Assembly (NCBI GenBank): GCA_965218795.1
Contig: OZ244653.1
Coordinates: 4,000,001 to 4,064,000 of the forward strand
Origin: a bacterium
GTDB taxonomy: Bacteria > UBA8248 > JACPRG01 > G963555815
Direction of reading: 5' to 3'
DNA: 64,000 nucleotides
Of this stretch, positions 38,652-48,830 are shown one piece after another. Below the pieces are notes generated by a model. The model was not told the origin of the DNA. It made no database searches and saw only the letters and a list, made by a program, of their open reading frames with translations. Numbering within the stretch: position 1 is the first letter of the stretch; the number at the start of each line of letters is the position of its first letter. Made by a program: the position numbers and the translations under genes.

Positions 38652-39656
38652 CTACTTCAGGAAGCGGTTCGTATACGCATCCTCGAGTTTGACCGAACAG
38701 GGATTCTTGCCGAACGCAGTCAAAACAATATCCCTCGTCCGCTTCATTTTTTCCTTGGTCATATAGCCGATGCCGTTCTTCTTGGCCGCCGGAGTCAGAA
38801 CCAGGATGTCCTTGAGAAGGGCGATGGTCTCCCGGGAGATCTTCGCGTCCAGGTGCGGCTGGGCCTTGAGCAGGATCCGAGTCGCCTCCTCCGGGTTGTC
38901 GAACGTAAACTGATAGGACTTGAGGATGGCCTGCATGAATCCCCGAACAGAAGTCGGGTTCGCTTCGATGAACTTGTCCATGCCCACGATGCCGTTGCTG
39001 TAAATATCCACGCCGTGGTCTGAATACATGATCTTGTTGTAACCGCCGAATTTCTTGGTCGTCTTGTCCAATATCGGATCCAGCGTGACGAAAAAGACGA
39101 CGGCGTCTGCCTTTCCGGAGAGAAAGGTAGAGAGTTTATGGGAAGGCTGAACGATCACCCAGTCGATCTTGCTCTGGTCAATCCCCGTCGCTTTGGCGAG
39201 GGGGGTGAACAGTGTTTTATTGACGTCCGCGGCCGCTGACGCAATCTTCTTGCCTTCCAGATCCTTGGGCTTGGTCAGGCCGCTGTTCTTTTTCGTGTAG
39301 ATCAGGAACGGAGCCTGCTCATACATGACCCCGACGAGCACGGCGTTGTGCCCCTTGGCCCTGCCGAGCATCGTCCCCCCGGCATCTCCAAAGCCCAAGT
39401 CATTCGTTCCAGCCACCAATTCCTTGAGGACACCGCTGGACCCGTAGCCGCGCGACATCTTCACCTTGAGGCCCTGTTCTTGATAGAACCCCTTCTCCTG
39501 AGCCACGAAGAAGGGGGCGTGTACGCCGTAGAACGCCCAGTCGGCTCCGAAGTTGAGGTTTGTTTTCTCCGCGCCTGCCGGTTGGGCCGCGAACATCGAA
39601 AAGACTCCCAGCACGCATATCGCAGCTACAGTACGAAACCGTCTGCCCTTCCTCAT
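38652..39656 (-). CDS. NMT1/THI5/SsuA-like ABC substrate-binding protein
   Basis: DWAFYGVHAPFFVAQEKGFY, KPKDLEGKKI; signal peptide; no permease nearby. Confidence 0.88.
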   Translation of the reverse strand: MRKGRRFRTVAAICVLGVFSMFAAQPAGAEKTNLNFGADWAFYGVHAPFFVAQEKGFYQEQGLKVKMSRGYGSSGVLKELVAGTNDLGFGDAGGTMLGRAKGHNAVLVGVMYEQAPFLIYTKKNSGLTKPKDLEGKKIASAAADVNKTLFTPLAKATGIDQSKIDWVIVQPSHKLSTFLSGKADAVVFFVTLDPILDKTTKKFGGYNKIMYSDHGVDIYSNGIVGMDKFIEANPTSVRGFMQAILKSYQFTFDNPEEATRILLKAQPHLDAKISRETIALLKDILVLTPAAKKNGIGYMTKEKMKRTRDIVLTAFGKNPCSVKLEDAYTNRFLK

Positions 39657-39795
39657 GCTCTCCCTCCTTCGCTGGATTGAAGTCAAAAGGGGCATCGCCC
39701 CCTCCTGTTTAACCTTAGTTCGATCAATGAGTTGCAGAATTCTACCACAATTCCCGGAGGGTTCCGGCACTTTTCAGGAGCGGCGCTCGAGGTCC

Positions 39796-42099
39796 CTAGC
39801 CGTTCACCCCCGCTTTGGCGTTCAACCCGTCCAGCACCTTCTCCGCGGTGACCGGAAGGTCATGGATTCGGACGCCGACGGCGTCGTACACGGCGCTTGC
39901 AATGGCCGCCGCCGTGGGGACCAGGACGGCCTCCGAGAATCCTTTCGCGCCGAAGGGTCCCGTCGGCTCCGGTTCCTCGACGAAATCATGCACAATCGCC
40001 GGCATGTCCAGGATGTTCGGGATCTTATAATCCACGAGACTAGGATTCTCGATGACCCCGCCCGAATAGCGGACTTCCTCTATCAATGCGTAGCCGAGCC
40101 CCTGAATCACGCCGCCCTGCAGCTGGCCGATGATTCCGCCGAGGTTGATGACCTGGCCAACGTCATGGGAGCAGATCAGACGGGTGACCTCCACCTCTCC
40201 GGTCTCCTCGTCGACCTCGACCTCGGCGATATGGGTGCAGAAACTCATCGACGCAACACCCGGTCGGGGGTTGCCGTCCATGCAATCCACGTTCACCGGC
40301 GGGCCTTCGGCCTGGAAAACGCCGCGCGCCAGAATCGGTCCGCTCTTGTTCGGGACCCTGGCCTTCGTGAGCTGGGCGAAGGTCATGGATCGCTCGGGCG
40401 CGCCCGGCATAAAGACCTTCTTGTCGGCGACGGCCAGATCCTCGACCGGAACCTCCATCACGTGGGCGGCTCGCTCAAGAAGTTGGTTCTTCGCGTCCGC
40501 GGCGGCCAGGCGGACGACGTTGCCGACGTTGAACGTGACCCGACTGGCGGCCGTGTAATATTCGAAGGGCGTCCCGTCGGTGTCAGCCGAAATGACCCGG
40601 ATGTCGTCCACGGATACGCCGAGCTCTTCCGCGGCCACCATGGCGGCCATCGTCACCTGTCCCGCCCCGATCTCGATCACGCCGGAGCAGACCTGCACGG
40701 TTCCGTCGTCCATAATCTTGATGTTCGCCGAGGAGCTGAGCCCGCCCGAGACGTGCATTCCGGAGGCGATGCCCCGACCCCTCTTCCTGCCGTTGGCGGA
40801 AGCCGGCCGGCGCGTCTCCCAGCCCGCGTGGCGGGCCGCGTTGTCGAGGGTTTTCTTCAGCCAGACCTCCTCCAGCTTCTGCCCGTTGACCAGGGTATCC
40901 CCGTGGTCCATCCCGTTCATCCGGCGGAGCTCGATCGGCTCGATTCCGAGCTCGTTCGCGATGATGTCCATGTGTGATTCGACGGCGAAGGTGGCCTGGG
41001 GACAGCCGTAGCCGCGAAAGGCGCTGGAGATGGTTTTGTTGGTGTAGACCGTGTACGCCTTGATGTCTGCGTTCGGGATGTTGTACACCCCTCTGGCGTA
41101 GAATGCGCCGCCCGCGGCGATCGTGGGGCCGTGGTCCGAATAGGCGCCGGTGTCGTAGTACAGCCTGGCCTGACGTGCAACGACGCGGCCGTCGCGCATG
41201 ACCCCGCTCTTGATCCGGGTCACGGTCGGGTGGCGGGGAAGTCCCGCGATGAAATCCTCATCCCGCGTGAACTGCACCAGGACGGGTTTCCCCGACGCCA
41301 TCGCCATCGCTGCGGCGTACATGTCCGTTCTTGGTTTTTTCCCGCCGAACCCTCCGCCGACAGTCGAGCCGATGACGCGGACTTTCGTCATGGAGATCTC
41401 CAAGACTTTGGCGATCAGGGTCTGAACCGTAAAGACCCCTTGTGTGCTCGACCAGATCGTGAGTCCGCCCTGGCCGTCCGGCTGTGCGAGTGAGGCGTGA
41501 GGCTCGAGATAGGTCTGGTGGTTCTGATGCGTCGAGAAGTTGTGCTCGAAGACCTCATCGGACTCCGCGAAACCCTTCTCCACGTCGCCGTGGCCGAACC
41601 AGGTCGTACAAGCGACGTTCCCCTCGCGCCCCGCCACCTCAAAGGTGGATGCGTATTGGCTGGAGTCTTCGTGGACCATGGGTGCGTCCGGCTCGAGAGC
41701 CTCGAGGGGATCAAAAACGGCGGGGAGCTCTTCGTACTCCACATCGATGAGGGAGAGCGCCTCCTCCGCGATATCCGAATCCGTAGCCGCGACGGCGGCC
41801 ACTTCGTCCCCCAGATAGCGAACCTTTTCAGGGTCGAAAAGCATCTGGTCGAATATCGTGGTTCCATAATAAACGAGCGGGATGTTCTTCGAGGAGATGA
41901 CCGCCTTCACGCCGGGAAGCCCTTCGGCCCTGGACGTATCGATGTTGAGAATTCGCGCGTGCGGATAGCGGCTGCGAAGGATCCGGCCGACGAGCGTGCC
42001 GTGAATGTTCATGTCCGCCGTATAGATGGCGTTGCCCGAGGCCTTCGGCAGACCGTCGATTCTGGGAATGTCTTTGCCAAGCACTTTGTAATCGGACAT
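39796..42099 (-). CDS. Xanthine dehydrogenase-family molybdopterin-binding subunit
   Basis: VGGGFGGK, AFRGYG, EIGAG, GQLQGG, AKGFSEA. Confidence 0.95.
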   Translation of the reverse strand: MSDYKVLGKDIPRIDGLPKASGNAIYTADMNIHGTLVGRILRSRYPHARILNIDTSRAEGLPGVKAVISSKNIPLVYYGTTIFDQMLFDPEKVRYLGDEVAAVAATDSDIAEEALSLIDVEYEELPAVFDPLEALEPDAPMVHEDSSQYASTFEVAGREGNVACTTWFGHGDVEKGFAESDEVFEHNFSTHQNHQTYLEPHASLAQPDGQGGLTIWSSTQGVFTVQTLIAKVLEISMTKVRVIGSTVGGGFGGKKPRTDMYAAAMAMASGKPVLVQFTRDEDFIAGLPRHPTVTRIKSGVMRDGRVVARQARLYYDTGAYSDHGPTIAAGGAFYARGVYNIPNADIKAYTVYTNKTISSAFRGYGCPQATFAVESHMDIIANELGIEPIELRRMNGMDHGDTLVNGQKLEEVWLKKTLDNAARHAGWETRRPASANGRKRGRGIASGMHVSGGLSSSANIKIMDDGTVQVCSGVIEIGAGQVTMAAMVAAEELGVSVDDIRVISADTDGTPFEYYTAASRVTFNVGNVVRLAAADAKNQLLERAAHVMEVPVEDLAVADKKVFMPGAPERSMTFAQLTKARVPNKSGPILARGVFQAEGPPVNVDCMDGNPRPGVASMSFCTHIAEVEVDEETGEVEVTRLICSHDVGQVINLGGIIGQLQGGVIQGLGYALIEEVRYSGGVIENPSLVDYKIPNILDMPAIVHDFVEEPEPTGPFGAKGFSEAVLVPTAAAIASAVYDAVGVRIHDLPVTAEKVLDGLNAKAGVNG

Positions 42100-42346
42100 A
42101 TGGAAACAAGTCTCCCCCGTGATCGTCAATCATCTCCACGTTGTGAGATCCATTCGTGTCCTCACAGTGTACCATGATGGCGGGACTCAAGGGGCTCAGA
42201 AGGGCTGAGGCCCTGGGGTTCGGGCCGCCCGAGTGCTTTACAGGTTCCCGTCGGAATCGTAGATTGAGTTGGCCTGACTCATTGATGACACGTGTGCGGT
42301 TGGGGCGTTGATTTCCGATTGTCTTTTCGATCCGTGGAGCATTTCA

Positions 42347-43003
42347 TTGTCCAGGTTATTTGCCGTCGGCGACATTCACGGTTGTCACACGCATCTCGCC
42401 CGGATGATCGAAACCGTCCGGTTCGACTCCAAAGACCGGATCGTTTTCATCGGGGACTATATCGATCGCGGCCCCGATTCCCGAAGCGTTGTCGATTTCC
42501 TGCTGGATTTCCGGGAAACCTTCCCTCGCTCAGTGTTTCTGCGCGGCAACCATGAGGAGATGTTCGAGGACTACCTCCAGGAGTCGCCCCGGTTCGGCCT
42601 GGGGACGTATACATGGAACGGAGGGCGGGAGAATCTGATCTCGTATGAGGTAGACCCCCTGGAAACGGTCGGCCGCTCGGATTTTCCCGATGCACATCTG
42701 GGATTCCTATTTGGAACCGAGTTGATGTTTCAGGAAGGAGAATATCTATTCGTTCACGCCGGAATTCGCCCGGGCGTCCCATTGGAAGAGCAGTCCCGTG
42801 AGGACCTTCTGTGGATACGCGACGAGTTCTTCACGCATGAACATGATTTGGGATTGACGGTTGTCTTCGGGCACACTCCTTTCCGGGACGTTTTCCAAAA
42901 CCCCCCTTTTTGCATCGGCATCGATACAGGCGCCGTGTACGGAGGGCGGCTGACCTGCGTGGAATTGGCCGACGGCAGGGTTCGCAATATCCACCAGGCG
43001 TGA
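42347..43003 (+). CDS. PPP-family Ser/Thr protein phosphatase (metallophosphoesterase)
   Basis: GDIHG, GDYIDRG, LRGNHE, VHAG, GHTP, IDTG. Confidence 0.92.
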   Translation: MSRLFAVGDIHGCHTHLARMIETVRFDSKDRIVFIGDYIDRGPDSRSVVDFLLDFRETFPRSVFLRGNHEEMFEDYLQESPRFGLGTYTWNGGRENLISYEVDPLETVGRSDFPDAHLGFLFGTELMFQEGEYLFVHAGIRPGVPLEEQSREDLLWIRDEFFTHEHDLGLTVVFGHTPFRDVFQNPPFCIGIDTGAVYGGRLTCVELADGRVRNIHQA

Positions 43004-43036
43004 GCGCCTTTGAGCCTCGACCCTGATGAGGACGTC

Positions 43037-45460
43037 ATGATCCCCAGCCCTGAAGATATCCGTGTCTACCTTTCGAGCCATGCAGGCAAGACGGCCGCCA
43101 TGCGCGAGATCATCAGGCATTTTGGCGTCTCCGAGTCCGATCGGCCGGCCTTCCGGCGGATGGTGAAGGACCTGGCCCAGGAAGGCTTCCTGGTCCGGGG
43201 CCGCGGCGGCCGTTACGCCTCGCCCGGGTCCATGAATCTCGTCGAGGGGACCCTTCAGGCCCACCCGGACGGCTACGGCTTCGTCAGTCCCTCGGATCGA
43301 GAAAAACCTCCGGAGGGGGACCGCATCCTGGAAGACATCTTCGTTCCTGCGGCCAGGCGGAGCACCGCGCTGCATGGAGACCGGGTCCTGGTCAGAGCTG
43401 GACGCGGGTTGCGGGGAGGATGGGAAGGGGAGGTCATCCGCGTTCTGGAACGAGGGACGGACCGGATCATCGGCAGGATTGAAGGGAAGGCGGGCCGCCG
43501 ATGGCTCGTCCCGCTCGACCGCCGATTCGGGGAGAGCATGACCTTCGCAAAGGGAGGGGATGACCCCGAGGCCCGGCGGGGAATGGTCGTCCTGTTCCAG
43601 ATGACCGGCTACCCGACCGGCATGGGGGCTGTGCGGCGCAGACGCAGGGCCGCCTCTCCTCCGCAACCCGCGGCAACGGGCAAAATCGTTCGAGTGATCG
43701 GGTATCCCGAAGATCCGCGGGTCGTCATCGATATGATCTGCGCGGAATTCGGCATTCGGACGGAGTATCCGAAAAATGTCCTCCAGGAAGCCGAGACCCG
43801 GCAATCGCCGGATGCCCGTGAACTCAGCCGCCGGGAAGACTTGCGAGACCTGCTGACCGCAACCATCGACGGCGAAACGGCGCACGATTTTGATGACGCC
43901 GTGTCGCTGGAAACCCTGGCCGGTGGCAAACGTCGGCTCGGTGTTCACATCGCGGACGTCAGCCACTACGTGACCGAAGGCTCGGAACTGGACGAAGAGG
44001 CGCGTCAGCGGGGAACGAGCGTTTACTTCCCGGGGGCCGCCATCCAGATGCTGCCGCCCGATCTCAGCGGAGACCTCTGCAGCCTGCTTCCGGAGCAAGA
44101 CCGGCTCGCCGTGACAGTGTTGATGGATTACGACAAGACGGGCCGCAGGACTTCCGTCCGCATCACCCACTCGGCCATCCGCAGCCACGCCCGCCTGACC
44201 TTTTCTGGCGTATCCGGATTTCTGGAAGGCGAAGCCGAATCCCATGGATCCGCCGCCCTCCCTCCCGACGTCACGCCGCCCGGGCGGTATTCTGAAATCC
44301 CGGGTCTGGAAAAGACCCTCCGCGAGATGGCCAAGCTCGCAAGGCAATTGCGGGAGCGCCGGCTGTCCGAGGGCGGTCTCGACCTGGACATCCCCGATGC
44401 GGAGGTTTTGGTCGACAACATGGGCCGCGTCACGGAGCTTCGCCGGGCCCCCCGGCTGATTGCGCATGAGATTGTCGAAGATTTCATGCTCGCCGCCAAC
44501 CGGGCGGTCGCGGAGCTCCTGACCGGCCCGTCCAAATCAAATCAAAAAGACCCGTCGGGCGGAACCGCTGAAGGGGAAGAGGCCGGGGCGGGGATGTTTC
44601 GGGTTCACGAGCCGCCCGCCCCTTCCAAATTGGAGGAGGTTGCATTCTTCCTGCGGAACCTTCACCACCGAGTCCCCGGACTATCGTCCGCGTCTCCCGA
44701 GGGGCTTCGGCTGGCCCTGGAGGCCACCCGCGGACTTCCCGAAGACGCCCTGGTCAACATGGCCATCCTCCGCGCCATGAAGCTGGCCCGGTACGATTCC
44801 GACAACCTCGGCCACTACGGCCTGGGGTTTACCCACTACACCCATTTCACCTCGCCCATCCGCAGGTATCCTGACCTCCTCGTCCACCGGCTGCTTCGTG
44901 CGCGCGGCCTGACCGGGTTGAGGAAGACGGGCCGCCGCCGGCTTCAGAGCCTTGAGGGCAGGCTTCCGGCCTTGGCGGAGGAAGCCTCCCGTCTTGAGCG
45001 CAGCGCCGCGGGCGCCGAGCGGGCGATGTTGGATTACAAACGGGCGCAGTTCATGCAGGACCACGTCGGTAAAGTCTACGACGGAAAGGTCAGCGGAATC
45101 ATCCCGGCCGGTTTCTTCGTCACCCTGGATGAACATTTCGTAGACGGATTTGTGCCGCTCGCCGACTTGTCGGATGATGATTACGAGTTCATCGAGGAAG
45201 ATTACGAATTGACCGGCCGGCGGACGAAGCGAGTCATCCGGCTCGGGGATGCGGTCACGGTCCGCGTGGTCCGTGCCGATCTCGACCGACGCCGAATCGA
45301 TTTCTCTTGGGTCGATCCGACCAGCAGCGTTGGACGGCGAACGACCTCGAAGACCGGGAAAGGGAAGGCGTCTCCAAAATCCGGCCGCCGGTTTTCGGGC
45401 TCCCGAAGACCTCCCCGGAAACCCAAAGGAGCGGGTCGGGGGCGCGGCCGGGGATCGTGA
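43037..45460 (+). CDS. rnr: Ribonuclease R
   Basis: TIDGETAHDFDDA, HFTSPIRRYPDL, S1 domain, basic tail; near smpB. Confidence 0.95.
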   Translation: MIPSPEDIRVYLSSHAGKTAAMREIIRHFGVSESDRPAFRRMVKDLAQEGFLVRGRGGRYASPGSMNLVEGTLQAHPDGYGFVSPSDREKPPEGDRILEDIFVPAARRSTALHGDRVLVRAGRGLRGGWEGEVIRVLERGTDRIIGRIEGKAGRRWLVPLDRRFGESMTFAKGGDDPEARRGMVVLFQMTGYPTGMGAVRRRRRAASPPQPAATGKIVRVIGYPEDPRVVIDMICAEFGIRTEYPKNVLQEAETRQSPDARELSRREDLRDLLTATIDGETAHDFDDAVSLETLAGGKRRLGVHIADVSHYVTEGSELDEEARQRGTSVYFPGAAIQMLPPDLSGDLCSLLPEQDRLAVTVLMDYDKTGRRTSVRITHSAIRSHARLTFSGVSGFLEGEAESHGSAALPPDVTPPGRYSEIPGLEKTLREMAKLARQLRERRLSEGGLDLDIPDAEVLVDNMGRVTELRRAPRLIAHEIVEDFMLAANRAVAELLTGPSKSNQKDPSGGTAEGEEAGAGMFRVHEPPAPSKLEEVAFFLRNLHHRVPGLSSASPEGLRLALEATRGLPEDALVNMAILRAMKLARYDSDNLGHYGLGFTHYTHFTSPIRRYPDLLVHRLLRARGLTGLRKTGRRRLQSLEGRLPALAEEASRLERSAAGAERAMLDYKRAQFMQDHVGKVYDGKVSGIIPAGFFVTLDEHFVDGFVPLADLSDDDYEFIEEDYELTGRRTKRVIRLGDAVTVRVVRADLDRRRIDFSWVDPTSSVGRRTTSKTGKGKASPKSGRRFSGSRRPPRKPKGAGRGRGRGS

Positions 45461-45520
45461 TCCAAGCCGCCGCTGATGGCGAAGACCGGAATCCGTGTGA
45501 CAAGGAAGGAGGTTCGAGTG

Positions 45521-45832
45521 ATGAGCGCGAATCCCACATACACAATTGTCGATGTGGACATCAAAGACCCGGAATTGTTTGAGCAATACCTGGACGGGTA
45601 CATGCCGACGGTCGAGCAGTACGGAGGCCGGTTCCTCGTCTCACCGCGGGGGAGCGAATGCAGAACCCTGAACGGCGATTGGGAGCCGAAGAGGCTGTTC
45701 ATCGTTCAATGGCCGGATGCGGAAAGTTATGATCGGTGGCGTCATTCGGAGGAGTACCGGCCCTGGAATGAGCTTCGCCGCAAAGCGGCCGAACCGAATA
45801 TCGTTCTCGTCGAGGGGTTGCCTGTCTCCTGA
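45521..45832 (+). CDS. DUF1330 family protein
   Basis: YGGRFLV...W..SEEY...R...VEG. Confidence 0.8.
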   Translation: MSANPTYTIVDVDIKDPELFEQYLDGYMPTVEQYGGRFLVSPRGSECRTLNGDWEPKRLFIVQWPDAESYDRWRHSEEYRPWNELRRKAAEPNIVLVEGLPVS

Positions 45833-46110
45833 TATCAGGGGAGAAAGGCGGATGGCGAATTTCCTGATCGCGTCGGCAAGCGGCGTCTGGCTGGCAGATT
45901 CATCACGAGCCGAATCCGCGGGTTTGGAAGAGGAGCGGATCACGGCCCTGGCCGCCGGCTTCCCGCCCCTGGATGGAAAGGCCCGGAGCCGGTTGACCGG
46001 AGCGTTCTTGCGGAACGGCCTCTGAGTATCTATCTTTACATGATTGAGAGAAGAGTTCCGGTGCTTTCGACCATGAGACGATTTCATGGAAATTGCGAGG
46101 GATCGGCCGG

Positions 46111-46581
46111 ATGACCGGCGGAATCAAGATAATTTGTGAAAACCGCAAGGCCCGGTACGACTACACCATCGAGGATGTCCTCGAGGCGGGCTTGGCTCTG
46201 AAAGGGTCCGAGGTGAAGTCCCTGCGGGCGGGGCGAGCCAATCTTAAGGACAGCTACGCCGATATCCGGAACCATGAGGTCTACCTGGTCGGGACGCACA
46301 TCAGCCCCTATGACCCGGCCAGCCACCTGAACCACGACCCGGAGCGGGAGCGGAAACTCCTTCTTCACAAGAAGGAGATTGGCAAGCTGATCGGGAAGGT
46401 GAATGAACGGGGCCTGACCCTCATACCGCTCAAGATGTATTTCAAGCGGGGAAAGGCCAAGGTGGAGCTGGCCCTGGCCAAGGGGAAGCGGAGCTACGAC
46501 AAACGCGAAACGCTCAAACGGAAAGAGGCCCATCGGGAAATGGAGCGGGCCATCAAATCGGCCGGGCCTGATAAAGACTGA
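46111..46581 (+). CDS. smpB: SsrA-binding protein
   Basis: NRKARYDY, EVKSLR, RKLLLHKKEI, GKRSYDKRE. Confidence 0.97.
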   Translation: MTGGIKIICENRKARYDYTIEDVLEAGLALKGSEVKSLRAGRANLKDSYADIRNHEVYLVGTHISPYDPASHLNHDPERERKLLLHKKEIGKLIGKVNERGLTLIPLKMYFKRGKAKVELALAKGKRSYDKRETLKRKEAHREMERAIKSAGPDKD

Positions 46582-46706
46582 GGTGGTGATGGATTTCCGT
46601 ACCATCGGAAGTGTTTTTTGAACGTCGGAATTCCCGACGAGGAAGATAAGGAGGTGAGCGAGAGGACAATTTTCAACCCAGCTCGCGTTCGATGATGTTC
46701 CCATAG

Positions 46707-47067
46707 GGGGGTGACATGGATTCGACGGGGGTATTTGACGTCCGGGTTGCATGCCGAGGTGCCGTTGGCCTCGTTAAACCACGGCAAACCAACATCTGCC
46801 GACCAAGAGTTGGCCCTCGCCGCTTAATTAGCGGGTGAGCGCCCTTCCGGGCCGCGCCCGTAGGCCCGGGTCAGGGTGTCAGAAAATCGGGATAGTCCGT
46901 TGCGTCGCGCCTCGGGGCAGCAGCGGGTGAAACCGCACTGAGGCTGGCGCTCTCTCGTCCCCGCCGGGGGGATTCGGGGGGCGCGAGAATGAAAACCCCG
47001 GCTAAGCATGTAGAAGCTCGGTTCGGAAGGCCTTCGGACGGGGGTTCGATTCCCCCCGCCTCCACCA
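46707..47067 (+). ncRNA. ssrA: tmRNA, tag (A)ADQELALAA
   Basis: 5' GGGGGTGAcatGGATTCGAC, 3' GGTTCGATTCCCCCCGCCTCCACCA, G3-U acceptor pair, tag reading frame 46798-46827; follows smpB. Confidence 0.96.
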
Positions 47068-47075
47068 TCCGTTCC

Positions 47076-47112
47076 AAAGCCCCGTGGCGGTCCCGCGGGG
47101 CTTTGTTGTTTT
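47076..47112 (+). terminator. Intrinsic terminator after ssrA
   Basis: AAAGCCCCGTGG...CCGCGGGGCTTT followed by GTTGTTTT. Confidence 0.8.
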
Positions 47113-47181
47113 AGCTGTAGGGAGGGCGCGTGGATTCTTTGGATCGGGAGGTAAGAAAACCGGCATGAGGAGCGGAATGAA

Positions 47182-47598
47182 ATGAACGAAGAAAAATATG
47201 ATGAGAAGGGATTGGCCCGCTGCGCGGCGCAATACGGGGAGGAGTACGCGAAGCGGCTGTTCGACCGGGTGGCCGAACACGATGAAGAATACTCGCTGGA
47301 GTTTCAGAAGTTCGTCTTCGGGTTCCTCTACGACCGGAAGGTGCTGGATCAGAAAACCAGAGAACTCTGCGCTTTGGCGGCCCTCATGATGGCCGGTCTG
47401 CCGGGCCAGCTCCGCGTCCACTTCACCGGCTGCCAAAGCTACGGAGCAACGGATGCGGAAATCCGGGAGGTGATCCTCCAGACGGTCGTTTACGGCGGCA
47501 TCGCCCGCGGCATGTGGGCCCTGGCCGAGTATGAAAAGTGGAAAAAGGAGGGGGTCCTCGGTTTCGGAGACCCAAGGGTGGGGGCTTCTGAGGAATGA
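47182..47598 (+). CDS. Carboxymuconolactone decarboxylase-family protein
   Basis: LDQKTRELCALAAL...QLRVH...EIREVILQTVVYGG. Confidence 0.88.
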   Translation: MNEEKYDEKGLARCAAQYGEEYAKRLFDRVAEHDEEYSLEFQKFVFGFLYDRKVLDQKTRELCALAALMMAGLPGQLRVHFTGCQSYGATDAEIREVILQTVVYGGIARGMWALAEYEKWKKEGVLGFGDPRVGASEE

Positions 47599-47663
47599 GA
47601 TCGTTGCCGGAAGGGCTTCTTGAAAGACGCCCTCCCAGAAAAAACGCTCTTTCAAAAGGATGA

Positions 47664-47692
47664 TTGACGGATTCTTTTCGAGGACTTATTTT
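47664..47692 (+). promoter_or_regulatory. Sigma-70 promoter for panB leader
   Basis: TTGACG-17nt-TATTTT. Confidence 0.55.
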
Positions 47693-47703
47693 GTAGAGAC
47701 ATA

Positions 47704-47842
47704 CCGCTTGGATCCTGATGAAGGACCGAGACGGGACATGGTGAGAGGGTGTTGAAGGCGATGGAGACCGGGCGACGCCGGTACGATTCGTCGCTTTCCA
47801 AAGTTTGTGGCCCCGGAACTATGTTCCGGGGTTTCTCTTTTT
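47704..47842 (+). ncRNA. pan-motif-like leader with attenuator terminator
   Basis: Stem 47704-47734 with two bulged A (47712, 47731), second long stem 47755-47797, terminator 47810-47842 directly before panB. Confidence 0.7.
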
Positions 47843-47855
47843 GGGGGGGGATGTC

Positions 47856-48734
47856 ATGGACACCGCCACAAAGAAGGTCACCACCGCGGAGATTTTCGCC
47901 CGGAAGAAATCCCGGAAACCGGGGACGGGCGGTCCCCAAGACCGTTCCAAATCGGAAGGGGCGAACGGAAACGGTCACGACCCACGCAAGATCGCGGCCA
48001 TCACCGCATACGATTACACCTTCGCCCGACTGGTGGACGCCGCCGGCGTGGACGTGATTCTGGTCGGAGACTCCCTGGGTATGGTGATGATGGGTCTGCC
48101 GAACACCGTGGGCGTTACCGTGGAGGACATGCTCCACTACACCAGGTCCGTCGCCCGGGCCAAGCCCCGCGCGCTCCTAGTGGCCGACCTGCCGTTTCTC
48201 TCTTATCACGGAAACGTCGACAAGGCGCTCTCGAACGCGGGCCGGTTCCTTCAGGAGGCCGGGGCCGAGGCCGTGAAGCTGGAAGGCGGTGTCCTGGTGG
48301 CAGAAACCATACGGGCCCTCGTGGGCGCGAACATCCCCGTGATGGGCCATGTGGGCCTGACGCCCCAGGCCGTCCACCGGTTTGGCGGGTTCAAGGTTCA
48401 GGGCCGCGGTGCGGACGCGGAGCAGGTTTTCGAGGATGCCGTGGCCGTGGCCGTGGCGGGCGCGTTCTCAATCGTTCTGGAAGGCATTCCCGCGAAGCTC
48501 GCCGAACGGATCACCGAGGCCGTCCACGTCCCGACCATCGGCATCGGTGCGGGCCCTCACTGCGACGGCCAGATTCTCGTCCTGCAGGATCTTCTGGGCC
48601 TCTACGAGGACATCACGCCCAAGTTCGCCAAGGTCTATGCGCCGCTCGGGCGGCAGGTTCGGGAGGCGGTCTCGCAATACGTGGAAGAGGTCGCCTCGGG
48701 CACGTTCCCCACTGATAAGCATTCGTTCTCCTGA
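47856..48734 (+). CDS. panB: 3-methyl-2-oxobutanoate hydroxymethyltransferase
   Basis: TAYDY, LVGDSLG, AVKLEGG, GHVGLTPQ, TIGIGAG. Confidence 0.97.
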   Translation: MDTATKKVTTAEIFARKKSRKPGTGGPQDRSKSEGANGNGHDPRKIAAITAYDYTFARLVDAAGVDVILVGDSLGMVMMGLPNTVGVTVEDMLHYTRSVARAKPRALLVADLPFLSYHGNVDKALSNAGRFLQEAGAEAVKLEGGVLVAETIRALVGANIPVMGHVGLTPQAVHRFGGFKVQGRGADAEQVFEDAVAVAVAGAFSIVLEGIPAKLAERITEAVHVPTIGIGAGPHCDGQILVLQDLLGLYEDITPKFAKVYAPLGRQVREAVSQYVEEVASGTFPTDKHSFS

Positions 48735-48830
48735 TCGGAGGTTTTCCGTCCGGCGTTCAATCCATCCATCCTTGGCCCTCAGAATTGATACCACAGAGCC
48801 ATCGGATGGGACTGCCCGTGTTCGATGGGT

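Noticed and set aside
14504-42099. XDH-family subunits as CO dehydrogenase CoxL
   Set aside because: Active-site loops are AYRGFG, AFRGFG and AFRGYG, not AYxCSFR or AYRGAGR.
45852-46025. 57-aa ORF with RBS (MANFLIAS...)
   Set aside because: Possibly a truncated propeller-protein remnant; not supportable without a search.
46707-47200. tmRNA as an integration site
   Set aside because: No integrase next to it and no duplicated 3' end seen in the window.
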